NCBI GenBank assembly: GCA_963827685.1
Contig: CAWHBU010000006.1
Span: 416,001 to 480,000 of the forward strand
DNA from: an uncultured delta proteobacterium
Lineage (GTDB): Bacteria > Desulfobacterota > BSN033 > UBA1163
Reading direction: 5' to 3'
DNA: 64,000 nt
The stretch's first letter is position 1, and every line of letters starts with the position of its first letter. The notes below the pieces were generated by a model that was not told the DNA's origin, ran no database searches, and saw only the letters and a program-made list of their open reading frames with translations. Both the position numbers and the translations under genes were made by a program. Below are positions 28,087 to 38,893 of this stretch, in pieces.

Positions 28087-28878
28087 CTATCCACTGGCGC
28101 TCCGAGCTTCGACCTCGCTCCTTCGCCCCAAATACGCCTCGATGACCCGCGGGTTATTCTGAACTTCGGCCGGAGTGCCTTCAGCGATCTTCTCCCCGTA
28201 GTCTAACACCGTCACAATCTCTGAGATACCCATCACAACCCGCATCTGATGTTCAATGAGAAGGATGGAAATACCCAATTCGTCACGGAGGTGGCGAATA
28301 AAGTCCATCATCTCTCGCGTCTCCCGCGGATTCATTCCAGCCGTGGGCTCATCGAGGAGAAGTAATTTTGGCCGGTTGGCGAGGGCTCGGGCAATCTCCA
28401 GCCGTCGCTGGTCGCCATAGGGAAGATTCTTTGCCAGAAAATCCCCTTTCACAGCAAGGTTGACAAACTGGAGGAGGTGCTGCGCCTCTTCTGCAGCCTC
28501 TTTCTCTTCTTGCCGGGTGGCAGGCCATCCCAAAACAATACCGAGGAATCCCGCTTTTAAATGGCTATGAAGGCCCACCAGGACATTCTCCTTCGCTGTC
28601 AGATTGGGGAAGAGGCGAATATTCTGATAGGTTCGGGCAATCCCGAGCCGAACGACTTGGTCAGGCAAGAGGCCAACCAGCGAATGGCTGTCCAAGAGAA
28701 TCTCTCCAGCCTCAGGCCGGTAAAATCCGGTGACACAGTTGAAGAAGGTCGTCTTGCCCGCACCATTGGGTCCGATGATGCTGTGGATCGCATGCTCTTG
28801 GACTTCCAGGTCTAACTCATCCAGAGCAACCAATCCGCCAAACCGTTTCGTAGCTTTTCGTGCAGTGAGAATAGCCAT
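28087..28878 (-). CDS. livG: Branched-chain amino acid ABC transporter ATPase
   Basis: GPNGAGKTT, LPYGDQRRLEIARAL, DEPTAGMN. Confidence 0.93.
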   Translation of the reverse strand: MAILTARKATKRFGGLVALDELDLEVQEHAIHSIIGPNGAGKTTFFNCVTGFYRPEAGEILLDSHSLVGLLPDQVVRLGIARTYQNIRLFPNLTAKENVLVGLHSHLKAGFLGIVLGWPATRQEEKEAAEEAQHLLQFVNLAVKGDFLAKNLPYGDQRRLEIARALANRPKLLLLDEPTAGMNPRETREMMDFIRHLRDELGISILLIEHQMRVVMGISEIVTVLDYGEKIAEGTPAEVQNNPRVIEAYLGRRSEVEARSASG

Positions 28879-29151
28879 AAGATCTTCATCCCTCAACGTT
28901 GCATTCAATCGGCAGGTGAGTGTGCTTCCAAAACTTCATCATTGCGGTTCTTATATAAGCTTTATGGGTAACATACGATTTCACCTAAGGTAACCTTTGC
29001 AATATGCTTGGAAACCGGGTAGTAAATGTTCGAAGGAGCCGCAATAAAGTTTTGGCGATAAATCGCCCGGAGCTGTAGTTGTCTTTTTTATTTTTTGCCG
29101 GCCCAGCACACCCACCTGTCTCTGGCAACGTTTATTGTGCAATTGTTAGGT

Positions 29152-30849
29152 CTACTCACGTGATGCAGAGCCCGATGCCAATTCTCTCTCAGTCTCAGTC
29201 GATCCCTCTTTGTGCAACTCCTGACGCCGTTTCGCCTCGGGCCAGAGGCCTTCCGGCCGGAGAATCATCATTGCCACGAGAGCTGCTCCATAAACAAGAA
29301 GACGATACTCCGCAAATTCCCGAAGCAGCTCGGGGAGGCCCACGAGAGCGATAGCTCCCACGATGACTCCGGGGATGCTTCCCATACCTCCCACAATGAT
29401 GAGGCAGAGGATGTTAATGGAAATCATCACGTTGAAACTGTGAGGATAGACCGATCCGAGTTTGCTCGCGAAGATGGCCCCACTTAAAGCTGAGAAGCCG
29501 GCGCCGGTGGCGAAGGCAAGCAGCTTGGCGGCAACGAGATTGATTCCCATGGCCTGGGCCACGTCCTCATCTTCGCGTACTGCCATCCAGGCACGACCCA
29601 ACCGGGAATCTCTTAGGCGCCAGGAGATAAAGCCGGCAAGCAAACACCCGGCGAGCAGGAGATAGTAGATCTGCTGGGGAGTGGCGAACTCAATCCCTCC
29701 AATCGACGCCTTCGGGATTTTAGCAATACCCTGTGCTCCTCCAAGCCATGGTCGCAAAAAGTCGGAAAGGACAAGAATGCGAATAATTTCGCCAAAGCCA
29801 AGGGTTGCAATGGCGAGGTAGTCGCCACGCATCTTGAGGACAGGTATTCCTAAAAGAATCCCGGACACTACTCCCATAACGATCGCAAAGGGGAGAGCTT
29901 CCCAAAATGACAGATTTAAAAAGCCCAGCTCAGGCGAGGTCAATACGGCAACCGTGTAGGCACCAATGGCAAAGAAGGCCACGTAACCGAGATCTAAGAG
30001 ACCAGCGAATCCGACGACAATATTTAGGCCCAAACCCAGGAGAACGAAGAGGCCAACAATGGTCAATACTTCACTTAAGAAGAGACCGAGAATCTGTGGC
30101 AGAGCAACCAAGATAACGACGAAAAGAAGGGAACTCGTTATCCTTAGGGCACGCTGGCGTGAAGGAGGCAGGCGCTGCAGGCCTGTTTTAATCGTGCCCC
30201 CACTTTTCATCCAATAGTAGGAAACGGCGGAGATGAGAATGAACAACGATAGCGCACCCGGAACGGTGAGTCCGTTCACGGGGAAAAACCACTGGTTGAT
30301 CTCTGCAACCGGTCCCCAAGCCGCAAAGATGGCACGAAGCAAATCTTGTAGCAAACCCGCCATAGCCACACCGCCCAAGGACGTGATCAATATGCGACGA
30401 AGAAGTGAAGGAGAAAGATAGAGCAGACCTGAAAGTGAGCTACTCAAGCTTGCTAAAATAAGAAGCAGGACAATACCGGTCCCTACCCCTTGATTAAAGG
30501 TGAGCAGTTTATAAAGCCCCGGCGACGCATTGATGAAGACAGCCCTTAGTCTCACCATGCTTCCCACAGTAACCAGTAGTGACATCAGTCCACCGAGGAT
30601 CAGACCCGAGATGAGGCTGTTGACAAGAACCCTTAAGGGCTCAGGCCGAGTTGTCCGTCTTGCAGACAGGTATCCTGTAAACATTGCGACCACGAGCAAC
30701 AGGGTTTGGCCCATTGAAATGGCATCGCTGATCATATAGCGTTGGCTAAATGCCTCCACCATTCCGACGAGTGCCAACAGGACTTCTACGATGCCTCCGA
30801 TCAGTCCAATTCTTATTCCCTGTCGCCAAACAGACCGAAGTTGTATCAT
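29152..30849 (-). CDS. livM: Branched-chain amino acid ABC permease with long hydrophobic N-terminal extension
   Basis: GLNIVVGFAGLLDLGYVAF, RGDYLAIATLGFGEI, RPEGL. Confidence 0.9.
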   Translation of the reverse strand: MIQLRSVWRQGIRIGLIGGIVEVLLALVGMVEAFSQRYMISDAISMGQTLLLVVAMFTGYLSARRTTRPEPLRVLVNSLISGLILGGLMSLLVTVGSMVRLRAVFINASPGLYKLLTFNQGVGTGIVLLLILASLSSSLSGLLYLSPSLLRRILITSLGGVAMAGLLQDLLRAIFAAWGPVAEINQWFFPVNGLTVPGALSLFILISAVSYYWMKSGGTIKTGLQRLPPSRQRALRITSSLLFVVILVALPQILGLFLSEVLTIVGLFVLLGLGLNIVVGFAGLLDLGYVAFFAIGAYTVAVLTSPELGFLNLSFWEALPFAIVMGVVSGILLGIPVLKMRGDYLAIATLGFGEIIRILVLSDFLRPWLGGAQGIAKIPKASIGGIEFATPQQIYYLLLAGCLLAGFISWRLRDSRLGRAWMAVREDEDVAQAMGINLVAAKLLAFATGAGFSALSGAIFASKLGSVYPHSFNVMISINILCLIIVGGMGSIPGVIVGAIALVGLPELLREFAEYRLLVYGAALVAMMILRPEGLWPEAKRRQELHKEGSTETERELASGSASRE

Positions 30850-30880
30850 TGCTTCTCTTCCCAACGGAAAAATAATTTCT

Positions 30881-30926
30881 AATCCCCCCTCGCCCCCCTT
30901 TGTTAAAGGGGGGCGAGGGGGGATTT
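30881..30926. repeat. REP-like palindrome
   Basis: AATCCCCCCTCGCCCCCCTTT-GTT-AAAGGGGGGCGAGGGGGGATT. Confidence 0.75.
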
Positions 30927-31987
30927 TAAGCCTTTTTCACGGCCAACCGCTCGCCGAGTATGCCCGTGGGTCGAAAGATCAGCACGAGCACGAGCATGGT
31001 AAAGGCAATGGCATCTTTCAATTGGTAAGGTGCCACAATGCCCAGACCATCGAGAAAGAGGCTGGGCCCCACTGATTCGACGAGCCCAAGAAAAATTCCT
31101 CCCAGCATGGCACCAGGGATATTGCCGATGCCTCCCAACACCGCTGCCGTAAAGGCCTTGATCCCTGGAACAAAGCCCATAAAAAAATGAACCTGCTTGA
31201 ACATCAAAGCGTAGAGGACCCCGGCGGCTCCGGCTGCCATCCCACCGATCACGAATGTCGTCACAATCATCCTGTCGATGTTGATTCCCATCAGCGCCGA
31301 TATCTCCTTATCTTCCGACACCGCGCGTATCGCCTTACCCACTCGGGTGCGCTGAATAAAGGTGTAGAGGCTCATCATGAGAAATGCCGCAGCCAATATC
31401 ACCACCGCTTGAAACCTTAAGATCCGGAATCCACTGATGACAATCGGACCTTCCAGGATCTTCACCGTGGGGTATGCTTGAAAACCCGAACCGTAAAGCC
31501 CCCGAAAGGTGTATTGTAAGAAGAAAGACGCTCCGATCGCAGTGATGAGCGGGACCAAGCGGGGTGCATTCCTCAAGGGGCGGTAAGCAACGCGCTCGAG
31601 AAGAACGGCAATCAGAGTTGAGGTGGCCATAGAAACAATGAAAACGATGAGAAGGCTGATGACGGGCTGACGATCGAGGAAACCCGATTTGTTGAGAGAA
31701 GCCGCGACAAAATAAGCGGTGTAAGGACCGCTCATGAAGACCTCGCCGTGGGCAAAATTGATCATCCGCAGAATCCCATAGACCATGGTGTAGCCCATAG
31801 CGATGAGGGCGTAGATGCTCCCTTGAGCTAAACCGAAGATAATGAAATCGAACCAGTGCCGAGAGGTATATCGGCCTGCTGTTAAAGTGGCGATGGACCC
31901 CCAAACAATCAAGGTTAAAACGGCTCCACCAATGGACCACATGAGGATATCTGTGAGCGTGATTGACTCTTTCCATCGTTTCAGCAT
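30926..31987 (-). CDS. livH: Branched-chain amino acid ABC permease
   Basis: GSIYALIAMGYTMVYG..INFAHG, KAFTAAVLGGIG, RPTGILG. Confidence 0.93.
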   Translation of the reverse strand: MLKRWKESITLTDILMWSIGGAVLTLIVWGSIATLTAGRYTSRHWFDFIIFGLAQGSIYALIAMGYTMVYGILRMINFAHGEVFMSGPYTAYFVAASLNKSGFLDRQPVISLLIVFIVSMATSTLIAVLLERVAYRPLRNAPRLVPLITAIGASFFLQYTFRGLYGSGFQAYPTVKILEGPIVISGFRILRFQAVVILAAAFLMMSLYTFIQRTRVGKAIRAVSEDKEISALMGINIDRMIVTTFVIGGMAAGAAGVLYALMFKQVHFFMGFVPGIKAFTAAVLGGIGNIPGAMLGGIFLGLVESVGPSLFLDGLGIVAPYQLKDAIAFTMLVLVLIFRPTGILGERLAVKKA

Positions 31988-32175
31988 AAGAATTCCTGCC
32001 CCTTGAGATCGACTAATAAATCGCATTTTGCCATTACTTTAGACGAATGGTCAAGAACAGATTAACTTCTTTACTGCGGCTCTGATTTAGAGGAACGATT
32101 CTTTGGCCGGCTCATCCTGGTTGTTTACAAGAACCCCAGTGTTCTTCACGAAACCGGGCTTCTTTGAGTGGGAGA

Positions 32176-33432
32176 CTAGTAAGGCTTCCAGAAGGGTTTA
32201 TGCGGCATTACCAACTCCTTCACATTGTCTGCTATCGTCTGATAGACCGCGATTCTCGGGTCCGCGCAGTCACCATAGACGTCGCAGGTGAGCGTCCCCG
32301 TCAATCCCTTGAAGCCCTTGGTAGCGTAGAGAGCATCCCGGAGGGCCTGGCGACCAATATAGAGTGTACCGTCCGGCGCCTTCTTCGCCACCTTCTCAAT
32401 AGCGGCAAAGATTATCATCGCCGCATCATAGGCATGGGCATGAAAAACAGAAAGTGGTTTTTCGCCGTATTTCATCTGATGCTTTTCTAAGAAGCTTCTA
32501 TAACCCCCGGCAAAAGCGGAGAAGTCAGGGCTTGAGTGAAACATGCCAATTGCCGCCTCGCCTGCAGCCTTGTAAAAATCCGGAGAGAACATGCCATCCG
32601 CACCCATCAGGTAAACCTTCTCCAATCCAGCTACCTCTTTCGCTTGGCGCGTGATATGGCCCCCTGCGGCGATAAAGACCGGGTAGTAGATGAACTCAGG
32701 CTTGCCTGTTGCAATCTTGGTCAGCACTGGCCGCATATCTGTGTCGGTAGGACCAACAGCCTCCTGAGAAGTAATGGTTCCACCCAGTCTCTTGAACGTT
32801 GCGGCAAAGACCGCCTGCAGTTGCTCGGAATACGGACTGCCGTCGTGAATGGTGGCTGCCCTTTTAACAGCCAATTTCTTGTGGGCAAACTCAGCCGCTA
32901 CGGCTCCCTGTACCTTATCATTGTGTGCTGTGCGCAGATAACCGGCATATTCCGCGCCGCGTTTCGGAGACGTCAGTTCCGGTGCGGTATTCGAGGGTGA
33001 GACCGTAACAATTCCAGCTTTCCAAAGGATTGGCGCGCCGGGGCGAGCCTCGCTCGAGCAAGTCGAGCCAATCGCTGTTACGATGGTGGGGTCAGCAGCG
33101 ATTTTGGTTGCAGCCGCCTGGCCCCCTTCGGGGTTACAGCCCGTGTCTTCAACGGTCAGTTTAATGGGGAAGCCAAGCAGTTTACTGCCTCTATCTTCAA
33201 TGGCAATCTCTACACCCCGCTTGGAATCTATGCCCAACGAGGCTTCCGACCCCGCCACGGCGAGCCAGCATGCGATGTGGATGGGTTCGCCAGGCTTGAT
33301 CTTCACCACGCCAATCTTATCTTCGTATACGAAAGATGATTTCGGCTTTGCAGGCGAAGCCGCTGGCGCGGAGGTCACATCCGAACCCAGTACCATGTTG
33401 AGAACAGTAAAGAAGAGAACGAGTCGTTTCAC
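32176..33432 (-). CDS. livK: Branched-chain amino acid ABC substrate-binding protein
   Basis: Signal peptide, DTGC, CSSE, RTAHND..QG, AYDA. Confidence 0.88.
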   Translation of the reverse strand: MKRLVLFFTVLNMVLGSDVTSAPAASPAKPKSSFVYEDKIGVVKIKPGEPIHIACWLAVAGSEASLGIDSKRGVEIAIEDRGSKLLGFPIKLTVEDTGCNPEGGQAAATKIAADPTIVTAIGSTCSSEARPGAPILWKAGIVTVSPSNTAPELTSPKRGAEYAGYLRTAHNDKVQGAVAAEFAHKKLAVKRAATIHDGSPYSEQLQAVFAATFKRLGGTITSQEAVGPTDTDMRPVLTKIATGKPEFIYYPVFIAAGGHITRQAKEVAGLEKVYLMGADGMFSPDFYKAAGEAAIGMFHSSPDFSAFAGGYRSFLEKHQMKYGEKPLSVFHAHAYDAAMIIFAAIEKVAKKAPDGTLYIGRQALRDALYATKGFKGLTGTLTCDVYGDCADPRIAVYQTIADNVKELVMPHKPFWKPY

Positions 33433-33659
33433 AGTTACCTCCCTTCTGGCAACTTCTTTCAGGCAACCTCTTTCAAGTTGCCCCCTTTTCTTAAGAAATT
33501 ATAATATTGAAAACTAAACTCTTGTCAATCATTTTTATCAAATCATTTCCCTCCACAGAATCTATTCTTCCCAAAATTGAGCAGGCTCCTACTACGAGAA
33601 AGCCCATCTCCGAGCGAATACGTCTTGAATCCCTTATGTATTCCAAATCTAAAAATAAT

Positions 33660-33687
33660 TTGACAACGATCAGGAGTTGTATATAAT
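33660..33687 (+). promoter_or_regulatory. Sigma70-type promoter
   Basis: TTGACA-N16-TATAAT. Confidence 0.7.
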
Positions 33688-33777
33688 GCTCAGCAAGAGG
33701 GGATATTGGAGTAGGGGCCATTAATCCTTTAACGGTGGGGAAAGGCAATGATAAGCCCTGATCATCCAACAAAATTG

Positions 33778-33843
33778 GGCTCTCATAGCTCCAACCTGCC
33801 TGCGGTAAGCAGGAAAGGTATGGGCTATGAGGGCTTTTTTATT
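33778..33843 (+). terminator. Intrinsic terminator-like hairpin in the kinase leader (REP in loop)
   Basis: GCTCTCATAGCTC ... GGGCTATGAGGGC-TTTTTT; CCTGCCTGCGGTAAGCAGG lies in the loop. Confidence 0.6.
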
Positions 33844-33905
33844 ACCCACAAAATTAGGAGATGGGTAATACTCCGGACTCCGAACTAATCTGTGAGGGTG
33901 CCAGG

Positions 33906-36900
33906 ATGAAAGATCAATACAAGACGAAAAAGCAACTCATTGAGGAATTGGAGGTTTTACGCAATCAGCTCGTTAAACTTAAAAAGGCAAAAACTAACCG
34001 TAAGCGGTCAGAAGAAACACTGCGGGAGAGCGAAGAAACCTTTAAGGCTCTCGCCGAGAACGCTAATGATGGCATCTTGATAACCGTGGGCGAGGGAATC
34101 CAGGCCTACGCCAACAGGCGGGCCGGTGAAATAACTGGTTACAGCGTGGCCGAATTGCTAAAAAGCAGTATTAAGGACTTGGTGCACCCCGATGAGTTAG
34201 AGAAGATAATGGGAAAATACAGAAAAAGACTCGCGGGGGAGCCTGCCCCGCCCCAGTATGAGACCATCATCATCCGCAAAGACGGGAAGAGCTTACCCAT
34301 AGAGTTAACCGCCGCCAAAACAGTCTGGCAGGGGCGACCCGCCGATTTGGTCATTATCCGAGACATCACCGAGCGCAAGCAGGCGGAGAATGAACTGAGG
34401 GAATTCAAAGCAATTTCTGATAACGCAGGCTATGGTGTTTCGATAATTGACCTTGAAGGTAATGTCATTTATAACAACGCGGCTTATGATAGGATGCATG
34501 GATATACACCAGGTGAACTAATTGGTAAACACCTTTCTGCTTTTCACACTGAAAAGCAAATGGCGAATGTGAATAGACTAATAGAACAAGCTTAACCGAG
34601 AAGGTAACTACGTTGCGGAAGAGGTTTGGCATAAAAGGAAAGACAACTCTGAGTTTCCTACTTTGATGACTGGTACGCTTATAAAGGGTGCAAACGGAAC
34701 CCCTCTATTCATGGCTGGCACAGCTATAGACATCACCGACCGCAAGCGTGCAGAGGATGATTTGAAAATAAGGGAAGATTTCCTTCAAAAAGTAATCGAA
34801 CAAACACCCAATGCAATCTGGATATCAGATGAGCACGGAACCGTGATAAGAATGAACCAAGCGCTTAGAGATCTTTTGGAAATAACTGACGAGGAAATCA
34901 TAGGGAAATATAATGTATTAAGAGATGTCCAAGTTATAAAGCAAGGCTTTCTTCCTTTAGTAAAGAGCGTATTTGAAGAAGGCATGACCGTCAATTTTGT
35001 GATTGATTATTACACTGAAAAAGAGAAGCAAGTTGAATTAGCACACAGAACACATAAAGTACTTCAAATAGTTCTTTCTGCAATCAAAAATAAAGATGGC
35101 AAGATAGTTAATGCTATTTGTCAATATAGGGACATCACCGACCGCAAGCGGGCAGAGGAAGAATTGCGGGAGAGCGAGGAGAAATACCGGACGCTCTTTG
35201 AAGAGTCCTTCGACGGCCTCTTTATCACATCCCCCAGAGGAAAAATCCTCGACATGAACAAGAAGGGCATCATGATGTTCGGTTATGACACAAAAGATGA
35301 AATCTTGAGTCTTGATCTGGAGCGGGATGTCTACGCGTATCCACCGGATAGAAAGCGGATACTTGCAATGGTCAATGCACAGGGTACCGCCGAATATGAG
35401 GTCGTCGTCAAGAAAAAGAACGGTGAAGAGATGCTTACCTACTGCTCTTTAACCGCGGTGAAAGACGAACAGGGCGCCATCACCACATACCGGGGCATCA
35501 TCCGCGACATCACCGAGCGCAAGCGAGCGGAGGAGGCGCTGAAGGAATCTGAGAGCAGGTTCCGAAATATCATTGAGAACAGCAAAGATGGCATCATCTT
35601 TTTCGACGGAAAAACCCAAAAGATCCTCTTCGGAAACGGCGCCATGGCTGAGTTGCTGGGATGTTCCAATGAGGACTTGGTTGGCCGGTCCATTCAATCC
35701 CTACATCCCTCAGAAGAATGGGCAAGTATTAAACAGGAATTCCAGAAACATGTGAGTGGTGAGCTTTCGCTTTCTAGTGGGATTCCCGTCTTGCGTAATG
35801 ACGGCTCTGTCTTCTACGCGGACATCAGTTCGAGTCTCATAACGCTTTATGGGAGAACCTACTTCTCTGCCTTCTTTCGCGACATCACCGAGCGCAAGAA
35901 AGCGGAGGAAGCGCTGCGGGAAAGCGAGGAGAAATATCGTGACTTGGTGGAAAATATAAACGACATCCTCTATGCTACCGACGAAAAGGGCATAGTAACC
36001 TATATCGCCCCTACTATAGAATCTCTCAGCGGATACGCTCCCTCCGAAATCATCGGCCGTCCCTTCTATGACTTCGTCTATCAGGAAGACGTGCCATTTG
36101 TGCTGGAGAAGTTTCAGCAAGATGTTTCGGGCCATACCGAGCCACATGAGTACCGGATGGTGACAAAATCAGGCGTTGTCCGCTGGGCGCGCACGTTCAG
36201 CCGGCCCTTCTTTAGAGAAACTCGTGCTGTTGGTTTGCGTGGTGTCATGACCGACGTCACCGACCGCAAGCGGGCAGAGGAGGAAAGTGAAGCCCTTCGA
36301 GAACAACTTCGCCAGTCTCAGAAAATGGAAGCCATTGGCCGATTGGCGGGCGGCATTGCGCATGATTTCAACAATCTTCTTACGATCATTAAAGGGTACA
36401 GCCAACTCTCCCTTATCGAACTCAAAGAAGATACTCCCTTGAAGGGAAACATTGAGCATATTCACACTGCCACAGATAGAGCAGCAGACCTTGTTCGACA
36501 ACTTCTGGCCTTCAGCCGCCGTCAAATCCTGGAGATGAGGGTGTTAGACCTCAACACCACTTTGGCAAACCTCCACAATATGCTTCGCCGGCTCATTGGT
36601 GAGGACATTGAGTTGACCATGGTATTGGCAGAAGATTTGGGAAGGGTGAAAACCGATCTCGGGTGGATCGAGCAAGCCATCATGAACCTTGTCGTGAATG
36701 CCAAGGATGCGATGCCCAAAGGAGGGAAACTTATTATTGAGACGGCCAATGTGGAGTTGGACGAGGCATATGCGCGCGCTCATGTCGCAGTGACGTCCGG
36801 TCGTTATGTCATGATTGCGGTAAGTGATACAGGGGCGGGGATGACTCCGGAGGTCAGGGAGCGACTGTTTGAGCCCTTTTTTTCAACTAAAGAGAAGGAC

Positions 36901-37443
36901 AAAGGGACGGGACTGGGCTTGTCTACAGTCTATGGAATTGTAAAACAGAGCGGTGGCGACATCTGGGTCTATAGTGAACCAGGTAAGGGATCGACCTTTA
37001 AGATCTACCTCCCGAGGGTGTATGAGCCCCTGGAGCAGCCGAGAGAGAAAGTCTTGGGCGATGAGCTTCTTCGGGGAAGCGAGACGATTCTGCTGGTGGA
37101 GGATGAAGAGGACGTACGGAAATTGGCCCTTCGTGTCCTGGAGAGACAGGGATACAAAGTTTTGGCGGCCCGCGACGGAGATGAAGCCTTACTTGTCTGC
37201 GAGCGGCATAAGGACCCAATCCATCTGATGTTGACCGACGTCGTGATGCCGGGGATGAGCGGTCATGAGGTGGCCAAACGTTTGGAACCCTCCCACCCCG
37301 AAACGAAGGTGCTCTATATGTCGGGCTATACGGACAATGCGATTGTCCTGCACGGTGTTTTGGTGCAAGGAGTAAATTACATCCAGAAGCCTTTTACAGT
37401 GGATGCCCTGACAAAAAAAGTTAGGGAGGTGCTGGAGCAATAA
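33906..37443 (+). pseudogene. Six-PAS hybrid sensor histidine kinase (HisKA-HATPase-REC) with a +1 frameshift at ~34588
   Basis: DITERK-type linkers, GGIAHDFNNLL, GTGLGL, LTDVVMP; the two ORFs rejoin if one A of CAAG is removed. Confidence 0.85.
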
Positions 37444-37461
37444 CCAGAGAATGAGAAGTAA

Positions 37462-37990
37462 AGAACCCCGCAGCAGAGCTGCGGGGCATTAAAATTCAAA
37501 ACTTAATTGCTCCTGTTGCTGATACTTTATATAGCGACGTATGACTTCAGAGGTAACTTTGTCTCCAACAGACCGAACAAAATACCCATCACTCCAAAAC
37601 TCTCCACCCCAAAGCTCTTTCTTCACCTCTGGAAACTGCTTGAACACCATTTTCGCCGAGATACTCTTTATGATCTGCACAATCTCTGCCGGACAATACC
37701 GAGGAGGGGCAGACAAAAATAAATGAACATGATCATCCTTTACCTCCATCGTATCTATCTCAAACTCGTACCTCTCCGATATTTGCTCAAAACTCATCTT
37801 AAGCCTTTTTGCCAACTCACCTCCCAATATCATCTTCCGATATTTGGGAACCCATACCATATGATATTTCAAATCGTAGACCGCATGGCTTGTTCTTTTT
37901 ATCGAGCTCATGCAGTACTTATACCATGTCTTATCGCTTCGCGAACCTGTTTTCATCCGCCCAGCAGAGCTGGGCGGTATTCAACAGGTA
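37462..37990 (-). mobile_element. IS200-type element (tnpA only)
   Basis: Subterminal hairpins CCCCGCAGCAGAGCTGCGGGG and CCGCCCAGCAGAGCTGGGCGG bracket tnpA. Confidence 0.8.
37489..37911 (-). CDS. tnpA: IS200/IS605 transposase TnpA (Y1 HUH)
   Basis: YHMVWVPKYRK, DHVHL, FWSDGYFV, YIKYQ. Confidence 0.95.
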   Translation of the reverse strand: MSSIKRTSHAVYDLKYHMVWVPKYRKMILGGELAKRLKMSFEQISERYEFEIDTMEVKDDHVHLFLSAPPRYCPAEIVQIIKSISAKMVFKQFPEVKKELWGGEFWSDGYFVRSVGDKVTSEVIRRYIKYQQQEQLSFEF

Positions 37991-38055
37991 TTTTTTATAA
38001 ATTGAGGGGCCAAAACTCTAATGGTTATCCATAAGGATGCTCGTTCAATTTATGG

Positions 38056-38116
38056 ACATGACGGCGTCTTTAAGTCGCGAGTGGTCAGGGAGTTGGCTTG
38101 ATGAGCTTGTTAGGCC
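38056..38116 (-). other. Degenerate attC site of a solitary cassette
   Basis: Minus strand GGCCTAAC-AAGCTCATCAAGCC ... GACTTAAAGACGCC-GTCATGT; cassette starts with GTTAGGCC at 38633. Confidence 0.6.
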
Positions 38117-38125
38117 ATCCGTACA

Positions 38126-38608
38126 TTACGGCGCCTGCTCCTTGAGACAATTCCACACGTTAAGGCCTTCCTTACGCGCAGCCTCCGCCAGCCCCAAATC
38201 TGCCGTCACCAGGATTGGCTGGGCTTCTGGAAACCTGGAAAAGAGGTCCTTTTTAATGGTGACGATTTGGTAAGCATCGACGATGTCGAGACCGTAAAGC
38301 TTCGCCGTTTTTTCGACTTCCCAAAATATCTCACTTTCCGAGATATCTACGTCCGCGAGTTCTATACGATCGCCGATGTGGCTCTTTAATATGTCGCCTG
38401 CCTTGAAATATGTCTCTTGATCGATTTCTTTGTGTGAATATTTTGACTTCAGTGCACCAAGAGCCTCCGCAAAGGAGAGTGATATGGCATAGAACGTCGA
38501 TGTATGTTCCACCGCCATATACTTTTCGATCGCCTCGCCACCGCTCTCTTTTACTGCGAGCCTAATTAACGCCGAAGCATCTAAGTAATGCACACGATGA
38601 GAATCCAT
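38126..38608 (-). CDS. PIN-domain (VapC-like) protein
   Basis: YLDASALI, DAYQI, LVTADLGLAEAARKEGL; GAGGAG RBS. Confidence 0.85.
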   Translation of the reverse strand: MDSHRVHYLDASALIRLAVKESGGEAIEKYMAVEHTSTFYAISLSFAEALGALKSKYSHKEIDQETYFKAGDILKSHIGDRIELADVDISESEIFWEVEKTAKLYGLDIVDAYQIVTIKKDLFSRFPEAQPILVTADLGLAEAARKEGLNVWNCLKEQAP

Positions 38609-38681
38609 ATACTTCTCCTCAAATAGGCCTAACATCCTGTTTCATGTTGATGCTATATTTTCACTAACGACCAAACCTTCA

Positions 38682-38893
38682 ATTGTGAACGACTTATTAA
38701 AGTAGTCATTGCGAGGAGTCCCGCCTTGGCGGGATGACGTGCCTGCGCGCTGAAGCGCTACGCCTGCCTGCGCGAAGCCGCTTCGGCGAAGGCAGGGCGC
38801 GCAAGCGCGGCAATCTCATGGGATTGCTTCATCCCGCAGGGCGGGATTCGCAATGACACCACATGACGGCAACTTATCTATCATGTTCACTAT
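38682..38893. repeat. Nested REP/MITE cluster
   Basis: Outer ATTGTGAAC/GTTCACTAT, then GTCATTGCGA/TCGCAATGAC, inner GCTGAAGCGCT unit and the 34-bp CCTGCCTGCGCGAAGCCGCTTCGGCGAAGGCAGG. Confidence 0.75.

Noticed and set aside
29030-29151. attC-like site after livM (minus strand ACCTAAC..CAATAAA/TTTATTG)
   Set aside because: No GTTRRRY end and it lies within a normal operon; too degenerate to call
33700-33775. c-di-AMP or c-di-GMP riboswitch call
   Set aside because: Only superficial similarity and core motifs are missing; kept as an unknown structured leader
37462-37990. IS605 with TnpB/omegaRNA
   Set aside because: The hairpins tightly bracket tnpA alone, leaving no room for tnpB
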